Assembly: GCA_025454275.1 (NCBI GenBank)
Contig: JALOOS010000001.1
Coordinates: forward strand, 1-35,475
Reading direction: 5' to 3'
Length of the DNA: 35,475 nt
DNA from: Desulfobacterales bacterium
GTDB lineage: Bacteria; Desulfobacterota; Desulfobacteria; Desulfobacterales; SpSt-501
This document shows, piece after piece, positions 1-8,264 of the stretch. How positions within the stretch are numbered: the stretch's first letter is position 1; every line of letters starts with the position of its first letter. A model generated the notes under the pieces. That model was given only the letters and a program-made list of their open reading frames with translations. It did no database searches and was not told the origin of the DNA. A program made the position numbers and the translations under genes.

Positions 1-1
1 C

Positions 2-1219
2 GATTCCGTCGATGAAAGCTCCAGCCAGGTCGTCAAGCTCGTCGACCAGGTGATCATCGCCGCCTACCGCAAGAACGCCTCCGACATCCACATCGAGCCC
101 TCCGTGGTGACCAAGGCGACCACGATCCGCTTCCGCCTGGACGGGGTGTGCCAGGAGTACATGAAGGTCCCCAACGCGATGGTGCGCGGGATCGTCTCGC
201 GCATCAAGATCATGTCCAACCTGGACATCGCCGAGCGGCGCCTGCCCCAGGACGGCAAGATCAAGTTCCGCCGCAAGGGGGTGCCGGCCTTTGAAATGCG
301 GGTCGCAACCCTTCCCACCGCGGGCGGCTTCGAGGACGTGGTGCTGCGCATCCTCGCCTCGGCCGGCGCCATGAAGATCGACGAGATGGGGCTCACCGAT
401 CGCAACCTGGATGTGATCCGGCGCGTCATCGTCAAACCCTACGGGTTGATTCTGGCCGTCGGGCCGACCGGCTCGGGCAAGACGACGACCCTGCACGGAC
501 TGCTCGGCCACATCAACAAACCCGGGGTCAAGATCTGGACCGCCGAGGATCCCATCGAAATCACCCAGCAGGGGCTGCGCCAGGTCGAAGTCAGACCGAA
601 GATCGGGCTCGACTTCGCCCGCGTGATGCGGGCCTTCCTGCGCGCCGACCCGGACGTGATCATGATCGGTGAGATGCGCGACGAGGAGACCGCCTCCATC
701 GGCATCGAGGCCTCGCTGACCGGGCACCTGGTCTTCTCCACCCTGCACACCAACAGCGCCCCCGAGACCATCACCCGCCTGCTCGACATGGGGTTGAACG
801 CGTTGAACTTCTCCGATGCCTTCCTGGGAGTGCTGGCCCAGCGCTTGGTCCGGCGGTTGTGCAGCAACTGCCGCAAGGACTTCGTCCTCAGCAAGGAGGA
901 GTTCGAAGAGCTGCAGGTCGACTACGGGCAGCAGTGGTTCCCCGCGACGGGGATCGCGTACTCCGAGAACATACGGATTTTCAAAACGGTGGGCTGCGAG
1001 AGCTGCTCCGGGACCGGCTACCGCGGCCGCATGGGGATCCACGAGCTCATGGAGGGCACCCCGGAAGTCAAGCTGATGATCAAAAAGCAGGCCAACACCG
1101 AGGAGCTCTTCAAGACGGCGATGCAGCAGGGGATGTCCACCCTCAAGCAGGACGGCATCATGAAGGTGTTCAAGGGGGTCACCGACATCTCCGAGGTGCG
1201 GCGGGTCTGTATCATGTAG
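2..1219 (+). CDS. Type II/IV secretion-system ATPase (GspE/PilB family), C-terminal ~405 aa; the 5' end lies upstream of the window
   Basis: Frame is open from nt 2 (DSVDESSSQVVKLVDQVIIAAYR...). Walker A GPTGSGKTTT, Walker B/Asp box DPDVIMIGEMRD, His box TGHLVFSTLHTN, C-terminal tetracysteine CSNC...CESCSGTGYRGR. Confidence 0.9.
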   Translation, partial: DSVDESSSQVVKLVDQVIIAAYRKNASDIHIEPSVVTKATTIRFRLDGVCQEYMKVPNAMVRGIVSRIKIMSNLDIAERRLPQDGKIKFRRKGVPAFEMRVATLPTAGGFEDVVLRILASAGAMKIDEMGLTDRNLDVIRRVIVKPYGLILAVGPTGSGKTTTLHGLLGHINKPGVKIWTAEDPIEITQQGLRQVEVRPKIGLDFARVMRAFLRADPDVIMIGEMRDEETASIGIEASLTGHLVFSTLHTNSAPETITRLLDMGLNALNFSDAFLGVLAQRLVRRLCSNCRKDFVLSKEEFEELQVDYGQQWFPATGIAYSENIRIFKTVGCESCSGTGYRGRMGIHELMEGTPEVKLMIKKQANTEELFKTAMQQGMSTLKQDGIMKVFKGVTDISEVRRVCIM

Positions 1220-1242
1220 CCGGGCGCTTGCCGGTGGGTGCC

Positions 1243-1926
1243 ATGGAGATCGGTTCGCCGGAGTGGTCGGCCCTGATTGCTGCGGGCGCCCGTGCGTTCG
1301 GCCTTGCGCTGCAACCCGCGCAGGCGGCTCAAATGGCGCGCCACGCGCTCCAGGTTCTGGCGTGGAATCGCGTCACCAACCTGACCAGCGTCACCGAGCC
1401 GGCGGCGATGGCCTGCAACCATTACCTCGATTCGCTGGCGGCCGCGGCCTTCATTCCGCCGGCGGCCGCGCTGCTGGACATCGGCTCCGGGGCCGGCTTT
1501 CCGGGTATTCCCCTGCACCTGGTCTGCCCGGGGCTGGAAACCACCCTGATCGATGCCTCCCGTAAAAAGGTGAGTTTTTTGAAACAGGCCATCCGCGAGC
1601 TGAAGCTGACGCGGATCAGCGCCCTGCACGTCCGTGCGGAGGAGCTGGCCGGCCGCGGGGCGGAGGCGCCGCGCTACACCGTCGTTGTGAGCCGGGCGCT
1701 CAGTGGGACCGAATCCTTCGTGCGTATGGCGCTGCCCCTCTTGGCCGACGGCGGCCGGATCCTCGCCATGAAGGGGCGAATGGGGGTGGAGGAGGTTTCG
1801 GCGCTGGAGCGTTCGGCCCGGAGCGGGGAGTTCGGCGCGGCGTTGTCTGTGCGGCGCTGCGGTTACCGGGTTACGGGGCTTGCCTGCGAACGCTCGCTTC
1901 TCATCTTCGAGCGAATCGACGGTTGA
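1243..1926 (+). CDS. rsmG: 16S rRNA (guanine527-N7)-methyltransferase RsmG (GidB)
   Basis: 227 aa counted back from the stop of ORF 859..1926. SAM-binding motif LDIGSGAGFPGIPL and length typical of RsmG. The part of the ORF upstream of 1243 overlaps the secretion ATPase and looks spurious. Confidence 0.85.
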   Translation: MEIGSPEWSALIAAGARAFGLALQPAQAAQMARHALQVLAWNRVTNLTSVTEPAAMACNHYLDSLAAAAFIPPAAALLDIGSGAGFPGIPLHLVCPGLETTLIDASRKKVSFLKQAIRELKLTRISALHVRAEELAGRGAEAPRYTVVVSRALSGTESFVRMALPLLADGGRILAMKGRMGVEEVSALERSARSGEFGAALSVRRCGYRVTGLACERSLLIFERIDG

Positions 1927-1995
1927 TCTGCGCAGCTTCGGGGCGGATCGCAGCCTCCTCGGCCGGCTGTGACTGTGGTGCGGGGGCCGGCCGGC

Positions 1996-2472
1996 TCAGC
2001 CCGCAAGCGCGACCAGCTCGGCCCGGGCCGTCCCCCCGGCGATCGAGAGCAGCGCGACGCAGGGTTTCTCTCCGTAGCGGGGGGCGCCGGCGCTGCCGGG
2101 GTTGACGTAGAGGACCCCGTTCCGGGTCTCGACCATCGAGCGGTGGGTGTGACCGGCCACCACGGCGGCGGGATCGTGCGGTGCGGGGTGGAGCCGGGCG
2201 AGGTCGTGGATGAGGTGAATGACCATGCCGCCGGCGTGGACGGTTTCGTGCTGGGGCAGGCGGCCGGCCCAGGGCCCGTTGTCCATGTTGCCCTGCACGG
2301 CGACGACCGGCGCAACGGCCTCCAGGCGGAGCAGGATGCTCTCGGCGCCGATGTCGCCGGCGTGAAGAATCAGGTCCACCCCGCGAAACACCTCCTCCAC
2401 ATCTGAAGGCAGGTACCCGTGGGTGTCCGATAGGACCCCCAGGCGGTAGGCGGCTTTCGGCGGCAATACCAT
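1996..2472 (-). CDS. Metallophosphoesterase, YfcE/MJ0936-like
   Basis: Motifs GVLSDTHG, HAGD, GNMD, GHTH in canonical order. Start placed at Met20 of ORF 1996..2529 (MVLPPKAAYRLGVLSDTHG) so the first motif sits near the N-terminus as in the family; 2529 is the alternative. Confidence 0.8.
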   Translation of the reverse strand: MVLPPKAAYRLGVLSDTHGYLPSDVEEVFRGVDLILHAGDIGAESILLRLEAVAPVVAVQGNMDNGPWAGRLPQHETVHAGGMVIHLIHDLARLHPAPHDPAAVVAGHTHRSMVETRNGVLYVNPGSAGAPRYGEKPCVALLSIAGGTARAELVALAG

Positions 2473-2696
2473 AGGAGGTGAATTTAGCCGATGCGGGTTG
2501 CTGCTGTCAACGGTCTCATCGAGCGGCACCCGGCGCCCGAGGCCGCCCGCCCTCGCGGCAAGCCGGCTGCTGCAGCGCCCGGTCGCGCTGCCCGATCGAA
2601 TCGGTTTGACAGCCCCTCTTTTTTTTTATATTTCTGCCGCGGTCGTCTGGTGTGGTGATCGTGATTGAACCCTTCCCGCGCAGGAGGAGTGAACCC

Positions 2697-3089
2697 ATGA
2701 AGATCCTGGTCGGTTACGATGGCAGCAACGTTGCGAAAGAGGCGCTCAAGCTCGCCCGGCGTCACGCCCGCGCCTTCGGGGCCGGCGTGGACATCGTCAC
2801 CTCCATGGAGAGCGGCACGGAGGGCGAGCAGCGGGCCATCGACGATGCCGAGCGCGGGTTGGAATGGGCCAAGACCCTTTTTGATGAAAAAGGGATCCCC
2901 TGCAAAACCCACCTCCTGATCCGCGGCATGTCGCCGGGCGAGGATCTGGTCCAGTTCGCACGGGAGCACGAAATCGATGAGATCGTGGTCGGCGTCAAGC
3001 GGCGTTCCAAGGTCGAAAAGATCCTCATGGGCTCAACCGCCCAGTACGTGGTCCTGCAGGCCCCGTGCCCGGTCGTGTCGGTGAAGTAG
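2697..3089 (+). CDS. Universal stress protein (UspA family)
   Basis: MKILVGYDGS... and C-terminal GSTAQYVVLQAPCPVVSV are typical Usp signatures. AGGAGG Shine-Dalgarno lies 7-8 nt upstream of the ATG at 2697. Confidence 0.85.
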   Translation: MKILVGYDGSNVAKEALKLARRHARAFGAGVDIVTSMESGTEGEQRAIDDAERGLEWAKTLFDEKGIPCKTHLLIRGMSPGEDLVQFAREHEIDEIVVGVKRRSKVEKILMGSTAQYVVLQAPCPVVSVK

Positions 3090-3167
3090 CGCGCCTCTCG
3101 CCCGGCGCCGATTCAAGGCCGGGGCGGCCGGGAAAAGAGAGAACGGTTCCGGGACCCCATGCGGCAT

Positions 3168-3279
3168 TCGGGGTCGGAATCGGTATCGGTATCGTCCCTT
3201 GCGCGCATGCCGGCCGGCTGTTTGCTTGCCAACTTCAAGAATCGATACCGGACCCGATACCGACTCCGACCCCGATCGG
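3168..3279. repeat. Imperfect palindromic intergenic element with 6-nt periodic arms (copy A)
   Basis: Left arm TCGGGGTCGGAATCGGTATCGGTATCG (3168-3194). Right arm CGATACCGGACCCGATACCGACTCCGACCCCGATCGG (3243-3279) is its imperfect reverse complement. Both arms are homologous to the element at 20820-20951 in opposite orientation (29/34 and 23/27 identities counted by hand). Confidence 0.75.
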
Positions 3280-3310
3280 TGCCTAATGTAACCGGGTCCC
3301 CCCTTCGTGC

Positions 3311-4219
3311 TCAGCCTCCCGAACGTCGGCGGCGCAGGCCGGCCTCCAGCCGCTGAAACCCCGCCGAACAGCCGAAAGTCAAGATGAAATAAAGGCCGGT
3401 GATGGTGATCCAGGTCTCGAAGGTCAGGTAGGTGGCCGCCATCAGCTCCATGCCCCGGAAGGTCAGCTCCGGCACCGAGATCACCGACACGATGGCCGAG
3501 TCCTTGATGGTTGAGATAAACTGCCCCCCCAGCGGGGGCAGGATGCGCTGCACCGCCTGGGGCAGGATGATGTGGCGCATGCGCTGCCAGGCGCTGAAGC
3601 CGAGCGCCGCGGCGGCCTCGCGCTGGCCCTGCTCGATCGACCGGATCCCCGCCCGCACGATCTCGGTGATATACGCCCCCTCGAAAATGGATAGCGTCAG
3701 CACCGCCGAAACGAACGCGGCCGCCTGTCCGGGCGGGGCCGCCAGCAGCGCGAAGAGACGCTGCACGGCCTCCGGCTGCCCCCGCAGGTGCAGTTCCAGG
3801 CCGGTCGCGGGCAGGAGCTGGTCGCCGATGAAGAAATAAAAAATGAAAATGAGGACGAGCGGCGGGGTGTTGCGCATGAGCTCGACATACGCGGCGGCCG
3901 ACAGGCGCCGGAACCGGCTGTGGCTCGCGCGCATCAGCCCCATGAAGACCCCGATCAAGGTGGCAAGCACGGTGGCCCACACGCTCAGGCGGACGGTCAT
4001 CGCGAAACCGTCCATGAGCACATTGGCCACGTACCGCCCGGCGTCGGCGTCGTAGCGGAAAAGGTACTGGGGGATCGCCCCCCACTCCCACTGGTAGTTC
4101 AACCCCAGTCGGATGCGGTAGAAGAAATAGGCGGCCGCGGCGGCCATGCCGGCCGCGATCAGGAGATCCAGCCATCCGAATCGGGTGCGCCGGGTGATCA
4201 CTTCAGCAGGCTTTTCCAT
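3311..4219 (-). CDS. Polar amino-acid ABC transporter permease (HisM/GlnP family)
   Basis: Multi-TM protein with EAA loop REAAAALGFSAWQRMRHIILPQA. Start set at Met15 (MEKPAEV...), which overlaps the upstream binding-protein gene by 22 nt; 4261 is the alternative. Confidence 0.8.
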   Translation of the reverse strand: MEKPAEVITRRTRFGWLDLLIAAGMAAAAAYFFYRIRLGLNYQWEWGAIPQYLFRYDADAGRYVANVLMDGFAMTVRLSVWATVLATLIGVFMGLMRASHSRFRRLSAAAYVELMRNTPPLVLIFIFYFFIGDQLLPATGLELHLRGQPEAVQRLFALLAAPPGQAAAFVSAVLTLSIFEGAYITEIVRAGIRSIEQGQREAAAALGFSAWQRMRHIILPQAVQRILPPLGGQFISTIKDSAIVSVISVPELTFRGMELMAATYLTFETWITITGLYFILTFGCSAGFQRLEAGLRRRRSGG

Positions 4220-5034
4220 TCCTGGGTGTCGAACCAGTAGTGCTTGCGCTCGGCCAGCCACCCCTCGGCCTCCACCACCCGGATCCAGTTGTCGAAGACA
4301 TTCAAGGTGTCCACGTCCCCTTTGCGCAGGGCAAAGCCGATGGGCTCGCGGGTGATGGTTCCGGCCACGGGCAGAAAGAATTTGTCCGGCTGGCTGAGGG
4401 CCAGCTCCGTCGGCAGGGGAATCCCGGCCAGCAGGGCGTGGACCTTGCCGTTGGCGAGCTCCTGGATGACCTGGGACTCGTCGTCGAAGAGGCGTTTCTG
4501 CGCCTTGGGCAGGAATTTCTCAACGGCCATGGCCGCCGTGGATCCCAGCCGGGCGGTCACCACCACCTCCGGCTTGTTGAAATCCTCCAGGCGGCTGAAG
4601 CCGGCGGCCATCTGCTTGTGGGCCACGATCCCGACCCCGGAATAGTCGTACGGGATGGTGAAGTTCACCTTGAGGTTGCGCTGCGGCAGGATGCCCATTC
4701 CGCCGATGATGACGTCGAACTTTCCGGTCAGCAGGGCCGGGATGATGCCCGCCCACTTGGTGGGGACGAACTCGACCTTCACGCCCAGCTCCTTGGCGAG
4801 GCGGGTGGCGACATCGATTTCGAAACCGATGAGCCGGCCGGTCTTGTCCGTCATGGCCCAGGGCACGAAGGTGGACATGCCCACGCGCAGCACCCCGCGT
4901 TTGATCACCTGCTCGATCGTGCTCTCCTCGGTCAGCTTGCGCTGAATCTCTCCGCTCTCGCCGCTGCCCGGCAGGCCGAGGGCCACGGCCAGGGCGAGGA
5001 TGGCGGCGGCCATCATCAACATCCCTCTTTTCAT
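4198..5034 (-). CDS. Amino-acid ABC transporter periplasmic substrate-binding protein (family 3)
   Basis: Signal peptide MKRGMLMMAAAILALAVALG, and GFEIDVATRLAKELGVKVEFVPTKWAGIIPALLTGKFDVIIGGM typical of PBPb/SBP_bac_3. Confidence 0.88.
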   Translation of the reverse strand: MKRGMLMMAAAILALAVALGLPGSGESGEIQRKLTEESTIEQVIKRGVLRVGMSTFVPWAMTDKTGRLIGFEIDVATRLAKELGVKVEFVPTKWAGIIPALLTGKFDVIIGGMGILPQRNLKVNFTIPYDYSGVGIVAHKQMAAGFSRLEDFNKPEVVVTARLGSTAAMAVEKFLPKAQKRLFDDESQVIQELANGKVHALLAGIPLPTELALSQPDKFFLPVAGTITREPIGFALRKGDVDTLNVFDNWIRVVEAEGWLAERKHYWFDTQEWKSLLK

Positions 5035-5082
5035 GGTGCCTCCTTTATGGGTTAGGGTCCCCGGCGCCGGCGGCGGCGCCGC

Positions 5083-5895
5083 TCAACGCTTGATCGTTCG
5101 CTCGCAGGCCGCCACCGCCGCCGATAGGGCGAAGGTGATGAGGAGGTAAACGGCGGCGACCGTGAACCAGACTTCGAAGACCAGGAAGGTCTCGGCGACG
5201 ATGGCCTGGCCCTGCATGGTCAGGTCGTAGATCGCGATCGTGCTGACCAGGGCCGAGTCCTTGACCAGCGACACCGCCTGGCTGGTCAAGGGCGGCAGGA
5301 TGTGCCGCAGCGCCTGGGGCAGGATCACCAGTCGGTAGGTGCGCCAGGTGCCCAGCCCCAGGCTGTAGGCCGCCTCCCACTGGCTGCGGTGGATCGAGAG
5401 GATGCCGGCGCGGAAGATTTCAGAGGCGTAGGCCCCTTCAAAGAGGCTCAATGCGAGAACGGCCGAGGTGAAGGCGCTGATCTCGAGCACGGGGGAGAGC
5501 ACGAAGTAGATGAAGAAGAGCTGAACCAGCAGCGGCGTGTTGCGGACCAGCTCCAAGTAGGCCCGGGCCGTCATCCGGCCGAGCGGGGCCCCGGAGAGAC
5601 GCAGCAGGGCGGTGGTGAGCCCCAGGCCGAAGGCGAGGACAAGGCTGACGAGGGTGATCTGAAACGTGACGCCCAAGCCGCGCAGCAGGGGCCCGGCCGC
5701 GACTCCGGCCGCGGTGACCTCGAAAAAATAACGGGGGAGCCGGAACCACTGCCAGTGGTAACCGAGGGCCTCGGTCGAACGCGCCATGAACCAGATCAGG
5801 GCGGCCGCCACGGCGGCGAATTTAAGACCGTCGGTCAGCAGCGGCCGCCACCGGCGGGCGGGGGGCGGCCCTGGCCCTGTGCGTGCGGTGTCCAT
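5083..5895 (-). CDS. Polar amino-acid ABC transporter permease
   Basis: EAA loop WEAAYSLGLGTWRTYRLVILPQA, NTPLLVQLFFIYF motif, multiple TM helices. Confidence 0.85.
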   Translation of the reverse strand: MDTARTGPGPPPARRWRPLLTDGLKFAAVAAALIWFMARSTEALGYHWQWFRLPRYFFEVTAAGVAAGPLLRGLGVTFQITLVSLVLAFGLGLTTALLRLSGAPLGRMTARAYLELVRNTPLLVQLFFIYFVLSPVLEISAFTSAVLALSLFEGAYASEIFRAGILSIHRSQWEAAYSLGLGTWRTYRLVILPQALRHILPPLTSQAVSLVKDSALVSTIAIYDLTMQGQAIVAETFLVFEVWFTVAAVYLLITFALSAAVAACERTIKR

Positions 5896-5933
5896 GCCGG
5901 AATCCTCACCTTACCGGCCGCCGCCGGCGCCCT

Positions 5934-7307
5934 TCAGTTCCTCAGGCTGTGGATGGGGGCGGGGATCAGGCCGCCGCGGCGGATGAAGCGGTTCTCGCCG
6001 CCCCCGTTGTTGACGGGGATGATCGTGGAGTGCCCCATCAGTCCGCCGAAAAAGGCCTTGTCCCCGGCGCGCTTGCCCGGTACCGGAATCAGGCGGGCGG
6101 CGGTGGTCTTGTTGTTGACGACCCCGATGGCCATTTCATCCGCGATGATCGCCGCAATCGTCTCCGCGGTGGTGTCACCCGGGATGGCCACCATGTCCAG
6201 ACCGACGGAGCAGACACTGGTGATGGCTTCGAGCTTCTCCAGGCAGAGCAGGCCGTTGCCGGCCGCCTCGGAGATGTTGAGATCCTCGCTCACGGGGATG
6301 AAGGCCCCGCTCAGCCCCCCCACCCGCGAGCTGGCGAAGGCACCGCCTTTTTTGACGGCATCGTTCAGCAGGGCCAGGGCGGCGGTGGTGCCCGGCACGC
6401 CGATCGCCCGCAGACCGAGACTCTGGAAGATCTCCCCCACGCTGTCGCCCACATTGGGGGTCGGGGCGAGCGATAGGTCCACCACGCCGAAGCGGATGCC
6501 GAGGCTTTCGGCCACCTCGCGGCCGATCAGCTCCCCGACGCGCGTCACGCGGTAGGAGGTTTTCTTGATCAGCTCCGAGAGGCCGCCCAGGTCCATGGCA
6601 GGGTCGGACTTCAGGGCGCGGTCGATGGCCTTTTTGACGACGCCGGGTCCGCTGACCCCCACGTTGATGACCGCATCCGCCTCCCCGATCCCGAGATAGG
6701 CGCCGGCCATGAACGGGATGTCCTCCGGGATGTTGGCGAAGATGCAAAGCTTCGTGCAAGCCGCTCCGTCCCGCTCGGCGGTCAGCTCCGCCGCCCGTTT
6801 CACGCTGCGCCCCATGCGCAACACGGCGTCCATGTTGATGCCGGCGCGGGTCGAGGCCACGTTGACCGAGGCGCAGACACGATCGGTGACGCTGAGCGCC
6901 TCGGGGATCGCCTCGATCAGCGACCGGTCTCCGCGCGCGAGTCCCTTCTCCACCAGAGCGGAAAACCCGCCGATGAAATCCACGTGGACCTCGCGCGCCA
7001 CAGCGTCCAGGGTGCGGGCCAGCTCCACCAGCTCCTCCGGGGCGAGGGCGGCCCCGACCACGGCCAGGGGGCTGACGGCGATGCGCTTGTTGACCACCGG
7101 GATTCCGTACTTCTGTCCGATGCGGTCGCAGACCGGCACCAGGTTGCCGGCCAGGCCGAGGATCCGCTCGGCGACCCGCCGCCGCACCTGGGGCAGGTCG
7201 CCCCCGGCGCAGTCGAGCAGGTTGACCCCGAGCGTGACCGTGCGCACGTCGAGGTGTTCGTTCTTGAGCATTTCCAAGGTGGAGAGAATTTCGCGCTGGG
7301 TCAGCAT
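5934..7307 (-). CDS. UPF0210 / DUF711 family protein (PFL-family protein of unknown function)
   Basis: 457 aa counted back from the stop (MLTQREILSTLEMLKNEHLDVRTVTLGVNL...). Length and N-terminus match the UPF0210 family, which characteristically follows a small ACT-domain gene. The 723-aa ORF upstream part overlaps the ACT gene and is spurious. Confidence 0.8.
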   Translation of the reverse strand: MLTQREILSTLEMLKNEHLDVRTVTLGVNLLDCAGGDLPQVRRRVAERILGLAGNLVPVCDRIGQKYGIPVVNKRIAVSPLAVVGAALAPEELVELARTLDAVAREVHVDFIGGFSALVEKGLARGDRSLIEAIPEALSVTDRVCASVNVASTRAGINMDAVLRMGRSVKRAAELTAERDGAACTKLCIFANIPEDIPFMAGAYLGIGEADAVINVGVSGPGVVKKAIDRALKSDPAMDLGGLSELIKKTSYRVTRVGELIGREVAESLGIRFGVVDLSLAPTPNVGDSVGEIFQSLGLRAIGVPGTTAALALLNDAVKKGGAFASSRVGGLSGAFIPVSEDLNISEAAGNGLLCLEKLEAITSVCSVGLDMVAIPGDTTAETIAAIIADEMAIGVVNNKTTAARLIPVPGKRAGDKAFFGGLMGHSTIIPVNNGGGENRFIRRGGLIPAPIHSLRN

Positions 7308-7324
7308 GGGCGGCGTCTCTTTTC

Positions 7325-7876
7325 TCAGATGCGGTGCAGGGCTTCGAAAATATTGCGGTGCTGAAGGATCAGATCGAGCTGCAACGACCGGGCCCGGGTG
7401 CGCAGCTCCGCCGCCAACGCCTGGACATCGACGGCGTGCGGGACGTCCACCTCGTAGATCATGATGTTGTCGCCGGGCTCCTCGCCGCCCTTGAACACCG
7501 CCTGGAGATGGGTGATGTTGACCCCGTGCCGGGCGATGACCTCGGAGATATCGGCGACGAGCCCCTTGCGGTCCGGCCCACGGGTGGTGATGACAAACGG
7601 CTCGCTGGCGGCGGTGCCGGGCGCCTCCCCGTGCTCGCAGGGCTTGGTGTGCACGGTGAGCGCCAGGGGCGAGAGCCGCGACTCCAGCGTGCGGTGCAGC
7701 TCCGCGGCGCTCATCCCCGCCGGCATGGAGACGATGAAGATGCCTGCGAACTCGGTCTGCAGCATCGTCTGGCTCACATTTTCGATGTTGCAGCTCTGCT
7801 CGCAGAGAACCCGCGACACGGCGGCGACGATGCCCGGGCGGTCCCGGCCCAGAATCGACAGGATGGCCTTGCTCAT
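7325..7876 (-). CDS. Tandem ACT-domain protein (UPF0237/GcvR-like)
   Basis: MSKAILSILGRDRPGIVAAVSRVLCEQSCNIENVSQTML (ACT 1) and FVITTRGPDRKGLVADISEVIARHGVNITHLQ (ACT 2). Start at Met32 of ORF 7325..7969, with a GGAAGGA SD upstream. Confidence 0.8.
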   Translation of the reverse strand: MSKAILSILGRDRPGIVAAVSRVLCEQSCNIENVSQTMLQTEFAGIFIVSMPAGMSAAELHRTLESRLSPLALTVHTKPCEHGEAPGTAASEPFVITTRGPDRKGLVADISEVIARHGVNITHLQAVFKGGEEPGDNIMIYEVDVPHAVDVQALAAELRTRARSLQLDLILQHRNIFEALHRI

Positions 7877-8264
7877 GGGATATCCTTCCGGCCCGAGAGT
7901 GCCAGGGCACGACCGGGCATGGCGGTTGTGATGAAGGACCATTTGTATCAAACCCCCGCCGGGTGTCAACCGGCCTCAGGGGACGGCCGAGAGCGGGATG
8001 CCCGCCGCGGCCGGTATCCATCAGAAGGATGCGGGATGCAAATGGGATACGGCATCTGGAATGCTGCAACCGTGAACCGTGAACCCGGAACCCATTATCG
8101 CGCATCTTCCATCCTGAACCCTTGTTCCGCGCCCACCGTCTGTGCTACAATTTGATACACTCAACGGCGCTCGTGCGCCCCCGGCCAGGGGTTGCCCGTT
8201 GCGGCTCGCCGTGAGCGGCTGGATGCAATCTCCCCCTGCGGTCCGATCCCTGGAGATGTGCTGA

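Noticed and set aside
859-1242. 5' extensions of several track ORFs beyond the starts chosen here: rsmG 859, phosphoesterase 2529, UPF0210 8105, ACT 7969, PgpH 16043, fba 22498, pfk 26838, truA 29590, argJ 29818, ATPase 32837.
   Set aside because: The extensions overlap neighbouring genes, have low-complexity Arg/Pro-rich composition, and lack an SD. The chosen internal Met or GTG starts restore canonical family N-termini and usually have a recognisable SD.
2491-2658. 55-codon plus-strand ORF preceded by a perfect AGGAGG (2473-2478).
   Set aside because: The product (MRVAAVNGLIERHPAPEAARPRGKPAAAAPGRAARS...) has shadow-frame composition and ends in a T-run. The AGGAGG lies immediately next to the start codon of the minus-strand phosphoesterase gene and is probably coincidental. 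Not excluded, but unsupported.
3168-3279. Asked whether the short-period repeats (here, 20820-20951 and 31791-31934) could be a CRISPR array or minisatellite-type contingency locus.
   Set aside because: The units are 6-8 nt with no spacers and are arranged as inverted arms. No cas genes or leader are present. This is incompatible with CRISPR (repeats of about 24-48 nt separated by unique spacers).
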